A stretch of 64,000 nucleotides of DNA. Source: Candidatus Dormiibacterota bacterium. GTDB taxonomy: Bacteria; Chloroflexota; Dormibacteria; Aeolococcales; Aeolococcaceae. The notes below the pieces were generated by a model. It did no database searches. It was not told the origin of the DNA and worked only from the letters and a program-made list of their open reading frames with translations. Below are positions 32,519-41,566 of the stretch, one piece after another. Positions within the stretch are counted from its first letter, which is position 1. Every line of letters starts with the position of its first letter. The position numbers and the translations under genes were made by a program. The stretch is from positions 273,268 to 337,267 of the forward strand of contig CAVPXI010000006.1 of assembly GCA_963709585.1 (NCBI GenBank). The letters run 5' to 3'.

Positions 32519-33235
32519 ATGCCTCGGACCCGGTCCCCCGTCCTCTGGCTCGCCGGCGTCACCCTGGTGCTCCTTGCAGCCTGCTCGGGGGCGCCCACGC
32601 CGACGCCGCCGACCCGGCGCGCGACGCCGACGCCCACCCCAACGCCGTCGCCCACGCCACTTCCCGCAGACACCATGTCAGTCGGAGTGCTGGGGCTCGG
32701 CGTCGGAACGTTCGACCTCGCTGCGATCCCGGTCGCCACCCTCAAAAACAACGCCAGGTTCCACGGGGCTTCAGCGGTGGTCGTCCACTTCGTGACCCGA
32801 CGCTCCGGCCGGACGCTCGGTTCCCTCGATTCGGTGCCAGTCAACCTGGGGCCCGGCGAGACGCTGGCGGTGACCGCCGACTGCACCGACGCCTGCAACG
32901 GCGCCACCGGGGTCAAAGCGACGGTCACGGTCGCCTCGTGGCCGACCAGCCTTGGGCCTGTTTTCACCGCAGCCTCGGTCGCCTACGCCTGCCAGCCATG
33001 CCACTCGGGTCACGGCTACGGCGAGGTCAGGGCGACGCTGACGCCTTCGCCGGCAGTGTCGGCCGGTGTGGCGGTGGTCGGATTCGCGGTCTGCGAGAAC
33101 CGCGCGGGGGTGATCCTGGGAGGAGGCTCCGAGCAGTTCGTCTGGGTGGCGGGATCGACGCTAGAGGCGGACGTCCCGGTGGTGCTCAACGCGGCGCCAT
33201 CCTCCTGCTCGCTCGGCGCGTCCACCGGCTGGTAA
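32519..33235 (+). CDS. Putative lipoprotein of unknown function
   Basis: Lipobox LAAC, PT linker, two beta-rich Cys-containing halves. Confidence 0.75.
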   Translation: MPRTRSPVLWLAGVTLVLLAACSGAPTPTPPTRRATPTPTPTPSPTPLPADTMSVGVLGLGVGTFDLAAIPVATLKNNARFHGASAVVVHFVTRRSGRTLGSLDSVPVNLGPGETLAVTADCTDACNGATGVKATVTVASWPTSLGPVFTAASVAYACQPCHSGHGYGEVRATLTPSPAVSAGVAVVGFAVCENRAGVILGGGSEQFVWVAGSTLEADVPVVLNAAPSSCSLGASTGW

Positions 33236-33297
33236 GACGCGAGCGCTCCGTTTGGGAGAGTTGCAGCAGCAAGTACCCGGTGTGATAGGGTCGCCGA

Positions 33298-33398
33298 GGT
33301 TCAGGTCCGCCTGGGTGTCGTCGAGACGAGAGTCTCCAGAGGGGCATCAGGGGGCCGAGTTCAAGCCCGGTCAGGGGTGAGATGGCCGGAGCCCGACC
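33298..33398 (+). ncRNA. Candidate structured cis-regulatory leader upstream of Rpf-like gene (family unassigned)
   Basis: GAGAC-GAGA-GTCTC GNRA hairpin within a longer stem; CCGGTCA/TGGCCGG stem; GGTTC/GAGCC closing helix; TG-a-TAGGGT promoter-like element at 33283-33291. Confidence 0.4.
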
Positions 33399-33416
33399 AA
33401 ACAGGAGTGATCCGCC

Positions 33417-33992
33417 TTGCATTTACCCAAGCGGGCACGTGGACTGGTTCTTGGCTGCCTCATGATGGTGGCGGGACCGGCGACCGCAGTGCTCATCACG
33501 ACGCCCACCCAGGGGGCACCGACGTCGGCTGCACTCGTCCGTTCGTCAGTCGGTGAGGTCGATCGCCTCGCCAACGTGACCACCCACCCGATGATGCTTC
33601 GGGTTCGCTCCGCGATGCTCGTGAGCGTCGCATTGCCCGTCGCCAAGCCCAAGCCTGCGGTCCGGCGGCACCCCCGCGTGGTCCGTCCGGGCTTCGTGGT
33701 CCCGAGTGGCCTGTCGGTCAGTCAGGCGCAGGTCGTCGCCGACATCACCGCCGCCGCCGAGCACTGGGGTGTCAGCGTCACCTGGATGCTCAAGACGGCC
33801 AACTGCGAATCGCACTTCCACTGGAATTCGGTCAATCCGAGCGGGCCGTACATCGGCGTCTTCCAGTTCCTGATGTCGACGTTCATCGCCAACGGCGGGA
33901 CCGCGGCAACGATCTGGAATCCGGTGGCACAGGCCAATATCGCCGCGAAGATGTTCGCCCACGGTCAGGCGCACGAGTGGTCCTGCGCCTGA
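33417..33992 (+). CDS. Secreted lytic transglycosylase (Rpf/SLT lysozyme-like fold)
   Basis: N-terminal signal; TANCES catalytic Glu; G.FQF..STF; QANIAA; W.C end; TTG start with SD AGGAG. Confidence 0.82.
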   Translation: MHLPKRARGLVLGCLMMVAGPATAVLITTPTQGAPTSAALVRSSVGEVDRLANVTTHPMMLRVRSAMLVSVALPVAKPKPAVRRHPRVVRPGFVVPSGLSVSQAQVVADITAAAEHWGVSVTWMLKTANCESHFHWNSVNPSGPYIGVFQFLMSTFIANGGTAATIWNPVAQANIAAKMFAHGQAHEWSCA

Positions 33993-34021
33993 ATCCCTCG
34001 TAGGGGCGTCACACTCAGACG

Positions 34022-34585
34022 GTGATCACAGATCCGGGAGCCACGGAGCATCTTCGGGAGACCCAGACGTCCCGGCGCGTCATCTACACCGGCCGGCTGC
34101 TGACCTTCTACGAGGACGACGTGCGCCTCGCGGACGGGACCCGCGCGCAGCGCGAGGTCGTGGCCCATCCGGGTGCGGTCGCGATCGTCGCCATTGACGA
34201 TGCCGACAGGGTGGTCCTGGTGCGTCAATGGCGCCACGCCGTCGACCGGGCGCTCTGGGAGTTGCCCGCGGGCACGCGCGACCGTGAGGAGGCGCCGGCA
34301 CGGACCGCCGAACGCGAGCTCGCCGAGGAGACGGGGCTGCGCGCCGCGCGCATCAGGCCGCTGGCCACCGCCCCGCTCACCCCGGGATACTCGACCGAGG
34401 TGATGCACTTCTTCCTGGCAACCGGCCTCACCCAGGGACCGACCGACCGTGACGCCGACGAGCGAATGGACGTCGAGCGCTTCGCTCGCGACCAGATCTC
34501 GGCCCTGGCCCGCGACGGCGAGCTGGACGTCAAGACCATCGGCGGCCTCGAACTCGCCGGCTGGAGCACCGCTGTCGATGGCTGA
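34022..34585 (+). CDS. NUDIX hydrolase (ADP-ribose pyrophosphatase-like)
   Basis: REVVAHPGAV, ELPAG...TAERELAEETG, TPG. Confidence 0.92.
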   Translation: MITDPGATEHLRETQTSRRVIYTGRLLTFYEDDVRLADGTRAQREVVAHPGAVAIVAIDDADRVVLVRQWRHAVDRALWELPAGTRDREEAPARTAERELAEETGLRAARIRPLATAPLTPGYSTEVMHFFLATGLTQGPTDRDADERMDVERFARDQISALARDGELDVKTIGGLELAGWSTAVDG

Positions 34586-34970
34586 TCGACCGCTTCGCGA
34601 CCCCGTCGACGCGGACCGCCTGATCGCGCGCGCCATCGAATCCGTCCTCGACGCCGTGCCCGAGATTCCGGGCGGTGACCTGCTCGCCGTCGAGGCCAGC
34701 CCCAAGGCTCAGCCGTGGGCGGAGACGGCCGCGCCTCCCGCGAGCGACAAACGACCGCTCGAAGCAGTCCTCGCCGAGTACGAGGCGCGGGTTGCTTCGG
34801 CGCCGGGCGCTCGCGCGGGTCATCCCAACGAGCCGCACCCCGGGGAGGCGTATCTCGACAAGCTGTCGCCGGCGCCGCGAAGCACCGGTAAGCGACCGAA
34901 GCGCCGCTGGCAGGGCGGACGCAAGCGGCGCGGTCGGGGCGGTCGGGGTGGAGGTGGCGCGCCCGCGTGA
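34578..34970 (+). CDS. Hypothetical protein with Arg/Gly-rich C-terminus
   Basis: Overlaps both neighbours (translational coupling); ends KRPKRRWQGGRKRRGRGGRGGGG. Confidence 0.6.
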   Translation: MADRPLRDPVDADRLIARAIESVLDAVPEIPGGDLLAVEASPKAQPWAETAAPPASDKRPLEAVLAEYEARVASAPGARAGHPNEPHPGEAYLDKLSPAPRSTGKRPKRRWQGGRKRRGRGGRGGGGAPA

Positions 34971-35743
34971 CCGGCGCCGGGGAAGAGCAGCGGCGCCGAA
35001 TCGACGGCGTCCTCTTCGACTACGGCGAGACGCTCGTAGCATTCTCGCGTCCGCATGAGGCGATCGCTGAGGCGGAGCGGCGGATTCTCGCTGTTCTGGC
35101 GACGGCGGGCCGGGCGGCATCGGGCCCGGTGGCGACGTCGACGGCCACGGTCCGCGCGGTTTTCGACCGAATCGATCGGGAAGTCGTCGCGCACCAGCGC
35201 GGCGGCGCCCTCGAGGAGATGGACCTGGCGGCGGCCTCCGTCCGCGCCTACGCCGACGCCGGTTTCGTTCTCGACGATGCCCTGCTCGACGAGGTGCTGC
35301 GCATCGAGCAGGAGGCGTGGTGGCGCGGCGCGCACGTTGACCCGGAGGCGGTTCCCCTGCTGGAGTTCCTCCGGGGTCGCGGAATCCGCGTCGGACTCTG
35401 CTCGAACGCGCCGTACCGAGTCCGATCGCTGCACGCGCAACTTGCCTTTCTCGGGCTCGACAGCCATCTCGACGCGGTGAGGTTCTCCGCCGAGGTGGGG
35501 TGGCGCAAACCCTCCCCACGCATCTTCGAGGCGGCGATGCGAGCGCTCGGGACGGGCGCCGCCCGCACCGTCATGGTGGGCGACAGCGAGACCGCCGACG
35601 TCGCCGGCGCACAGGCGGCCGGCATGCGCGCGGTACTCCTCAGCAGGAGCGGCGACAGCGGCTCCAGCAGGGCCGACGCGGTGATTACGGCACTTCGAGC
35701 ATTGCCGGGTGCGCTGCGGAACATGGGCATATACTTGGACTAA
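34967..35743 (+). CDS. HAD-superfamily hydrolase
   Basis: FDYGETL, CSN, KPSP.IF, MVGDSETAD. Confidence 0.9.
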   Translation: MTGAGEEQRRRIDGVLFDYGETLVAFSRPHEAIAEAERRILAVLATAGRAASGPVATSTATVRAVFDRIDREVVAHQRGGALEEMDLAAASVRAYADAGFVLDDALLDEVLRIEQEAWWRGAHVDPEAVPLLEFLRGRGIRVGLCSNAPYRVRSLHAQLAFLGLDSHLDAVRFSAEVGWRKPSPRIFEAAMRALGTGAARTVMVGDSETADVAGAQAAGMRAVLLSRSGDSGSSRADAVITALRALPGALRNMGIYLD

Positions 35744-35745
35744 GC

Positions 35746-35997
35746 GTGGAGTTCAAGGAGTACATCAAAGAACGGTGCGCGGAGAGGGGGATTTCCCTGC
35801 ACCGGCTCGCCCTTCTGTGCGATCTGAATCAGATTTATTTCTATCAGAGCGTCAACAAGAACAAGGACAATCCACCGCCATGGGTGTTGCGTCGCGCCGC
35901 ACCTCACCTGGCGGTTCCGTACATGGAACTGATGATTCGCGCAGGCTACGTGCGTGAGGCGGACATCGATGAGTGGAGGCGTCACACCGGCAACTGA
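35746..35997 (+). CDS. Small XRE-like helix-turn-helix protein (83 aa)
   Basis: EFKEYIKERCAERGISLHRLA...LRRAAPHLAVPYMELMIRAGY resembles XRE HTH pattern. Confidence 0.7.
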   Translation: MEFKEYIKERCAERGISLHRLALLCDLNQIYFYQSVNKNKDNPPPWVLRRAAPHLAVPYMELMIRAGYVREADIDEWRRHTGN

Positions 35998-36021
35998 GGC
36001 CGCGCGCTGTTGGGCGTCCCT

Positions 36022-37230
36022 GTGACCGACCGCGCAATCATCCACCTCGACCTCGACGCGTTCTATGCATCGGTCGAGCAGTTGCGACGCCCGGAGTTGC
36101 GCGGACTCCCGGTCATCGTCGGCGGCGCACCGTCCGGCGACGGCACCGCGCAGTTGAACCGCGGGGTGGTCAGCGCCGCATCGTACGAGGCCCGCGCGTT
36201 CGGGGTCCATTCCGCGATGCCGCTGCGCACGGCGCTGCGCATGTGCCCGCAGGCCGTGGTGGTGCCGGTCGACTTTCGCGCCTATCGCGACGCATCCAAA
36301 GCCGTCTTCGACATTGCGCGCGACTACACCCCGGTCATCGAGCAGCTGTCGCTCGATGAAGCGTTCCTCGAGCTTACGGGCTCGACCCGCCGATTCGGGA
36401 CCTCGCAATACATTGCCGGGGAGATTCGAGATCGGGTCCTGGCCGCGACCGGGCTCCACGCATCGTTCGGTGTCGCGACCTGCAAGACCGTGGCCAAGAT
36501 CGCCTCCGACCTTCGCAAGCCACGAGGCTTCGTGGTAGTGGACCCCGGGAACGAGGCCGCCTTTCTCGCCCCGCTGCCCCTGCGCAGGTTGCCCGGCCTC
36601 GGGCCGGCTACCGAGCGAGCGTTGAGCGGGTTGGGAATATCGACGCTCGGGCAGCTTGCCGCTCTCTCACTCGACACGGTGCAGCGGCGGGTCGGCCGCG
36701 CCGCCGGAACGTCGTTGTGGGAGCGCGCGCGGGGCATCGACACGGCGCCGGTGACCGTCCCCGGGGCACCACGGAGCGTCTCGCGCGAGGAGACGTTCGC
36801 GCGTGACGTGGCGCAGCGTGAGGCCCTGCACGCGCGCATCGGCGAGCTCGCGAGCGACGTCGGCGCCCGTCTTCGCACCGGAGGGTGGACGGCACGCACC
36901 GTCACCCTGAAACTGCGCTACTCCGACTTCACCACGATCACACGTCAGGAGACGCTGGCGTCCTCGACGGCGACCGACACCGCCGTCCGCGACGCCGCGC
37001 TCGCCTTGCTCGACACCGCCTGGACGGGTGATGCGGTACGCCTGCTCGGCGTGGGCGTGAGCGGGCTCGCCGACGCGCCCCAGCTGGACCTGTTCGACCG
37101 GCCGGCCGTCGATCGAATCGACCACACACTCGACCGCCTGCGTGAGCGCTTCGGGCACGGTGCGATCCGCCGCGGTACCGGCGAGGGTCTGCACGACCTC
37201 GACTGGCGTGGCGACGATCTTCGCCGTTGA
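36022..37230 (+). CDS. dinB: DNA polymerase IV (Y family)
   Basis: HLDLDAFYASVE, SAASYEAR.FG, SLDEA, AKIASD..KP, LKLRYSDF, VRLLGV. Confidence 0.95.
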   Translation: MTDRAIIHLDLDAFYASVEQLRRPELRGLPVIVGGAPSGDGTAQLNRGVVSAASYEARAFGVHSAMPLRTALRMCPQAVVVPVDFRAYRDASKAVFDIARDYTPVIEQLSLDEAFLELTGSTRRFGTSQYIAGEIRDRVLAATGLHASFGVATCKTVAKIASDLRKPRGFVVVDPGNEAAFLAPLPLRRLPGLGPATERALSGLGISTLGQLAALSLDTVQRRVGRAAGTSLWERARGIDTAPVTVPGAPRSVSREETFARDVAQREALHARIGELASDVGARLRTGGWTARTVTLKLRYSDFTTITRQETLASSTATDTAVRDAALALLDTAWTGDAVRLLGVGVSGLADAPQLDLFDRPAVDRIDHTLDRLRERFGHGAIRRGTGEGLHDLDWRGDDLRR

Positions 37231-37245
37231 GCGAGGCCTCGGCGC

Positions 37246-37821
37246 CTACTCCTCGTCGATGTCGTCGAGGTATTCGACGATCTCACTGTCGTAGCGGGCC
37301 CGCGCCTCGCCGAGCATCGCCCCGACGATGGCCACGCGCTCCTCCGGCCAGCCCAGCTCCGCGGCAAGCTCGACCACGGTCGGCTCCCTGCCGAACTCGT
37401 GACGGGCCCGGACCTCGGCTGCTTCGTAGATCTCGGTGTCGCGGACGAACGCCGCGTCGCTCGCACGCTCGATCGCAGCGAGCTCGATGGTGTCGTCCAT
37501 GTGGGAGGCGACGAGCCGCCCGACGAACCTGCCCAGGCCCGACGCGGGGCCACCCTGGCCCGCGTACTCCATGACCGCCACCACGCCTGCGATCGTCCCC
37601 TCCTGGGCGAGGTCGCCGACCTCGACGCCCTTGCCACGCCGGGCTTCGGCGAGCTCGAGGATGGCCGCAAGCTGGTGCTCGACCAGCTCGTCGAGCGCCG
37701 GGCCCCTCCCCTGGATCCGCACCTCGGCGAGCAGGTCGGCGGTCGCCGGCTCACTCAGCGGGGGAAGCGACCGCACCTTGGCGTCGAGGATCTCGCGGTC
37801 GGTCAGCTCGCTCCTGGTCAT
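37246..37821 (-). CDS. Truncated, divergent sigma-70-like protein (regions 1.2/2/3, no region 4)
   Basis: GKGVEVGDLAQEG (region 2.2), FGREPTVVELAAELG (region 3); 191 aa only. Confidence 0.72.
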   Translation of the reverse strand: MTRSELTDREILDAKVRSLPPLSEPATADLLAEVRIQGRGPALDELVEHQLAAILELAEARRGKGVEVGDLAQEGTIAGVVAVMEYAGQGGPASGLGRFVGRLVASHMDDTIELAAIERASDAAFVRDTEIYEAAEVRARHEFGREPTVVELAAELGWPEERVAIVGAMLGEARARYDSEIVEYLDDIDEE

Positions 37822-37825
37822 CCGC

Positions 37826-38287
37826 TCACCCCGCGGCCCGCTCCACTCGGCCGCTCTTGCGCCCGAACCGCGCGGCGAGCTGCTCGCAGGCGCGGGCCGT
37901 CTCGCGACGCGCGGGACCCTGCGAGGCGAGTTCCACCGCGCCGGCGAACGGACGGCCGCTGAGCGAGTATCGCGCCGACATCACGACGGTGCAACCACCC
38001 ACAACCTTGCGGATGGCGACCTCGACGGTCAGATCCAAACCCTCCTCGAGGGTTAGCACCATGCGTTTGGGCGGGGTCAGCTCGCTGCAGACGAGCACCC
38101 CGCGCAGGTGGCGGCCGACCAGCCCCGCCTCAACCTCATAGCGCGCGCCGACGCCACCCGACGGCCCGCTGATATGGCGGAGCCGCCGGATGGCAGGGAG
38201 CCAGTCGGCGTGCTCGATGTCGGCCACGACCGCGAAGGCTTCTTCGGGCGGGACTGGAAGGGTGACCTCGGCACGTGTCTCGATCAT
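37826..38287 (-). CDS. SRPBCC/polyketide cyclase-like protein
   Basis: PPEEAFAVVAD....WLP, GVGARY; about 150 aa. Confidence 0.8.
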   Translation of the reverse strand: MIETRAEVTLPVPPEEAFAVVADIEHADWLPAIRRLRHISGPSGGVGARYEVEAGLVGRHLRGVLVCSELTPPKRMVLTLEEGLDLTVEVAIRKVVGGCTVVMSARYSLSGRPFAGAVELASQGPARRETARACEQLAARFGRKSGRVERAAG

Positions 38288-38298
38288 GGTGTCTGCGC

Positions 38299-39123
38299 CT
38301 AGTACATCACTGTCGCGAACGTATCCGCCGGCTTGAACCCGAGCCGCGCGTAGACGCGCTGCGCGATCACGTTGTACTGGTTGACGTAGAGGCTGCAGCG
38401 CGGCACGTCGTTGAAGACGTAGGCGCAGACTGCGGCAAGCCCGGCGCGCGCGATCCCCTGGCCTCGGTACTTCGGCGCGGTGTACACGCCCTGGATCTGC
38501 ACGACGTCCGGGGTCCATGCCGAAAGCTCGGCCTTGAACAGCACCTCACGGTCGCGCATCCAGATCCAGCTCCAGCGTCGCTCGATGAGGCTGAGCATGC
38601 GCATCCGCCACGCCGCCGCGTCGACGGCAAGCGGATCGACGCCCATCTCCTCGCGGTGCATCCGCGCCGCTGCGACGATCAGCGCTTCGAGGTCGGCTCG
38701 CGTCGAGAGGCGTACGTCGTCGGATGGTATGGCTCGAAGATCGCCACGATCGAGGACCATCAGCGGCTGCGGGTCACGCAGCTCGCGCGCCGGGCGAGGC
38801 GGTCGAAAAGCGTTGTGCAGCGCCATCACCGACGCCCTGTGGCCGACGACCATTCGCGGCTGCGCGCCGGCACCGAGGGCTTGCGCAAGCGGCGCTGCGG
38901 CATCGAGGTCGGGGATGTAGGGCACCACCAACGACCACCCGAGTACCACCGAGGTCAGCTGGTCCTCTTCGAAAGCGCCCCACCAGTCGCCTGCCTCGAA
39001 CCCGAGCCGCAGCTCGCTGCGCAGATAGACGTTGGTGATCGGCTCATGATCGATGAGCGCGCCGAGTTGCCCTGCGTGTGCGGGCCCCAGGCGGGTGACT
39101 CGGAGTGCAGAGCGCGTTGCCAT
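38299..39123 (-). CDS. GNAT acetyltransferase (DUF4081-associated type)
   Basis: FKAE, IQGVYTAPKYRGQGIA, SLYVN..N..A.RVY.RLGF. Confidence 0.88.
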   Translation of the reverse strand: MATRSALRVTRLGPAHAGQLGALIDHEPITNVYLRSELRLGFEAGDWWGAFEEDQLTSVVLGWSLVVPYIPDLDAAAPLAQALGAGAQPRMVVGHRASVMALHNAFRPPRPARELRDPQPLMVLDRGDLRAIPSDDVRLSTRADLEALIVAAARMHREEMGVDPLAVDAAAWRMRMLSLIERRWSWIWMRDREVLFKAELSAWTPDVVQIQGVYTAPKYRGQGIARAGLAAVCAYVFNDVPRCSLYVNQYNVIAQRVYARLGFKPADTFATVMY

Positions 39124-39185
39124 GCGTGCGATTGTCCTCGCATCGACACCTGCTCAGGCGGGATGGCTCGGCTATCCTCGGTAGC

Positions 39186-39770
39186 GTGACCTTGCCTTCC
39201 CCCTGCACGCGCGCCCTCGCGGCAGGCGCGTGCGTCGCGACCCTGCTCGTGAGCGCATGCGGATCGACCACCGCGATCGTGACCCCGAGCACCAGACCTG
39301 CGGCGTCCGCGGTCCCCTCAGCGACGCCGCAACCGTTCGCTGGAAGCGGATTCCGCACCGACATCCCGGCCGGTTGGCAGGATCAGACGACGAACCCGAG
39401 CGCCGTCGCCGCGCTCACCGGGAGTGGCACCGTCCTCATGCTCCTTGCCTCGCCCGATCGCGGCGTGATCGTCGCGAGAACGACGCCACAGCCGGTTGCG
39501 GACGACCAGCTCGCGCAGCACCTGACCAGCATCGTTACGCCGGGCGCGATCGACGTGAGCCCGGCGGAGCCCGTCGACGTCGACGGCGCCTCCGGTGTGG
39601 TGATCACATTTGTAGTCATCCCCACGGGCGCCGAGGCGCAGGAGGACGAGGAGATGGTGGTGAACCAGGCGGGCAACACCTATGAGATCGCGCTCCACAC
39701 TTCGCAGGCGAGCTTCGCCCGCGACGCCGCGCTGCTGCAGCAAGTCCTGAACAGCTGGAGGTGGGCGTGA
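39186..39770 (+). CDS. Putative lipoprotein (PsbP/DcrB-like fold)
   Basis: Lipobox VSAC, F...P.GW, VDG, ..LNSWRW C-terminus. Confidence 0.7.
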   Translation: MTLPSPCTRALAAGACVATLLVSACGSTTAIVTPSTRPAASAVPSATPQPFAGSGFRTDIPAGWQDQTTNPSAVAALTGSGTVLMLLASPDRGVIVARTTPQPVADDQLAQHLTSIVTPGAIDVSPAEPVDVDGASGVVITFVVIPTGAEAQEDEEMVVNQAGNTYEIALHTSQASFARDAALLQQVLNSWRWA

Positions 39771-39795
39771 CCCCTGCTTCTCGTAGGATCAGGCA

Positions 39796-40848
39796 ATGCT
39801 GGTGGTCATGAACGTGCAGGCGACGCCCGAACAGGTCGCCAATGTCATCAGGCACGTGCGCGAGCGCGGCTTCGAGCCGATCGAGCTGCCCGGGGCCGAC
39901 CGCCTGGCGATCGGGGTCCTCGGCAGCAACCCGGGGTCGATACGCGACGCTATCTGCGACCTCCCCGGGGTCGTCGACGCGATCCCGGTGAGCAAGCCGT
40001 ACAAGCAGGTCACCCGGGAGTGGCATCCTGAGCCCACAGTGGTCGATGTCTCCGGCGTGCGGTTCGGCGACGGATCGTTCGTCGTCATCGCCGGACCGTG
40101 TGCCGTCGAGAGTCGCGAGCAGTTGCTGGCGACCGCGCGAGCTGTGGCCCGCGCCGGAGCGACGATGTTCCGCGGCGGTGCGTTCAAGCCGCGCTCGTCG
40201 CCGTACTCGTTTCGGGGGCTCGGACTCGACGGGCTGCGCCACCTCGCTGAGGCACGTGAAGCGACCGGGCTGCCGATCGTCACCGAGGTCCTCACCCCCG
40301 CGGACGTCGAGTTGGTGTCGGAGTACGCCGACATGCTCCAGGTCGGTACCCGCAACGCGCAGAACTTCGCCCTGCTCGAGGCCGTCGGCGGGGCTCGCCG
40401 GCCGGTGCTCCTGAAGCGCGGGCTGAGCAACACCATCGAGGAGTGGCTGCTCGCCGCCGAGTACGTGGTCGCCCATGGCAACGGCAACGTGGTGCTGTGC
40501 GAGCGCGGCATCCGCACGTTCGAGGCCGCGACCCGCAACACGCTCGACCTGAGCGCCGTGCCCGTGGTCAAGTCGCTCTCGCACCTGCCGGTGATCGTCG
40601 ATCCGTCCCACGCCACCGGCCACCGTCATCTGGTTCCCCCGATGGCCCGCGCCGCCTTCGCCGCGGGCGCAGACGGGCTCATGATCGAGGTCCATCCCGA
40701 TCCCGAGAACGCCCTGAGCGATGGCGCCCAGTCGCTGACGCCGGCGGCGTTCGCGGAGTTGATGGGATCCATCCAACGCCTCGCGACAGCCCTCGATCGG
40801 CAGGTCGCAACAGCTCCGTCACCGGTCAGGGCTGCAACCCCGGGGTAG
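39796..40848 (+). CDS. aroF: 3-deoxy-7-phosphoheptulonate (DAHP) synthase, type Ib with N-terminal ACT-like domain
   Basis: [51 protein letters not shown]. Confidence 0.95.
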   Translation: MLVVMNVQATPEQVANVIRHVRERGFEPIELPGADRLAIGVLGSNPGSIRDAICDLPGVVDAIPVSKPYKQVTREWHPEPTVVDVSGVRFGDGSFVVIAGPCAVESREQLLATARAVARAGATMFRGGAFKPRSSPYSFRGLGLDGLRHLAEAREATGLPIVTEVLTPADVELVSEYADMLQVGTRNAQNFALLEAVGGARRPVLLKRGLSNTIEEWLLAAEYVVAHGNGNVVLCERGIRTFEAATRNTLDLSAVPVVKSLSHLPVIVDPSHATGHRHLVPPMARAAFAAGADGLMIEVHPDPENALSDGAQSLTPAAFAELMGSIQRLATALDRQVATAPSPVRAATPG

Positions 40849-40872
40849 GATCGTCCCCGTGGAGCCTCGCCG

Positions 40873-41562
40873 ATGACCACCGTCTTCCAACCCACCCCGC
40901 AGGGCAACGGCCTCGTCATGGCCCCGGCCATTCCCTGCTCCCTCCGCGGATGCGCCAACACCGACGCGCAGGTGTGCGCCTACCGCGATCGTCGTGGCCG
41001 CCGCTGTCAGACCGCCTTCTGCCCAGCGCACAGGGTGTCCTTCTCGGGTATCGGCTACTGCCGCCGCCATGCCAGCACCGTGCAGGCGATCGGCGAGCTC
41101 GCCAAGGACCCGAACGGATTTCCCGACCTCAACGATCGCGCGCCGTCGCTGGTCGACTGGGTCGCGCGCGATCTCGATCAGAGCATCCGGCGCCTCCTGG
41201 GCCGCGCAGCTCGGAACGGCGAGAGCGTCATCGTCGACGAATCCGTCCGGCTGGCTCACGACCCGGCTCGCAAGGCTCGCTGGGAACGGAGCTGGCGGAT
41301 CGTCGAGCACACCGGTCTCGTCCTCAAGGTCACCGTGCACGTGAGCGAGGATGAGGACGCGCTGGTGCACGTGAAGGTGGGCACCGAGATGGTCGCCGAC
41401 GGCGTTCCACCCTGGATCGCGCGCCGCCGCGAGGGTCACGAGGTCGAGGCCGCGATCGACGTGTCGCAGCGACAGCTCTTCTACCGGTACCTCGAAGAGA
41501 ACATCTCCTCCGCCGTGCTCCGCTTCCGGTTGCGAGGCGACCGCCCGCCCTGGGGCGACTGA
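40873..41562 (+). CDS. Hypothetical protein with N-terminal Cys/His-rich putative zinc finger
   Basis: C-x4-C-x7-C-x9-C-x4-C-x2-H-x9-C-x2-H. Confidence 0.7.
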   Translation: MTTVFQPTPQGNGLVMAPAIPCSLRGCANTDAQVCAYRDRRGRRCQTAFCPAHRVSFSGIGYCRRHASTVQAIGELAKDPNGFPDLNDRAPSLVDWVARDLDQSIRRLLGRAARNGESVIVDESVRLAHDPARKARWERSWRIVEHTGLVLKVTVHVSEDEDALVHVKVGTEMVADGVPPWIARRREGHEVEAAIDVSQRQLFYRYLEENISSAVLRFRLRGDRPPWGD

Positions 41563-41566
41563 CCAC

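Noticed and set aside
33298-33410. Calling the leader a c-di-AMP, SAM-I or FMN riboswitch
   Set aside because: Only fragmentary resemblance (TCCAGAGGGGCA; GGTGAGAT..CCGGAGCC); the core conserved segments are missing
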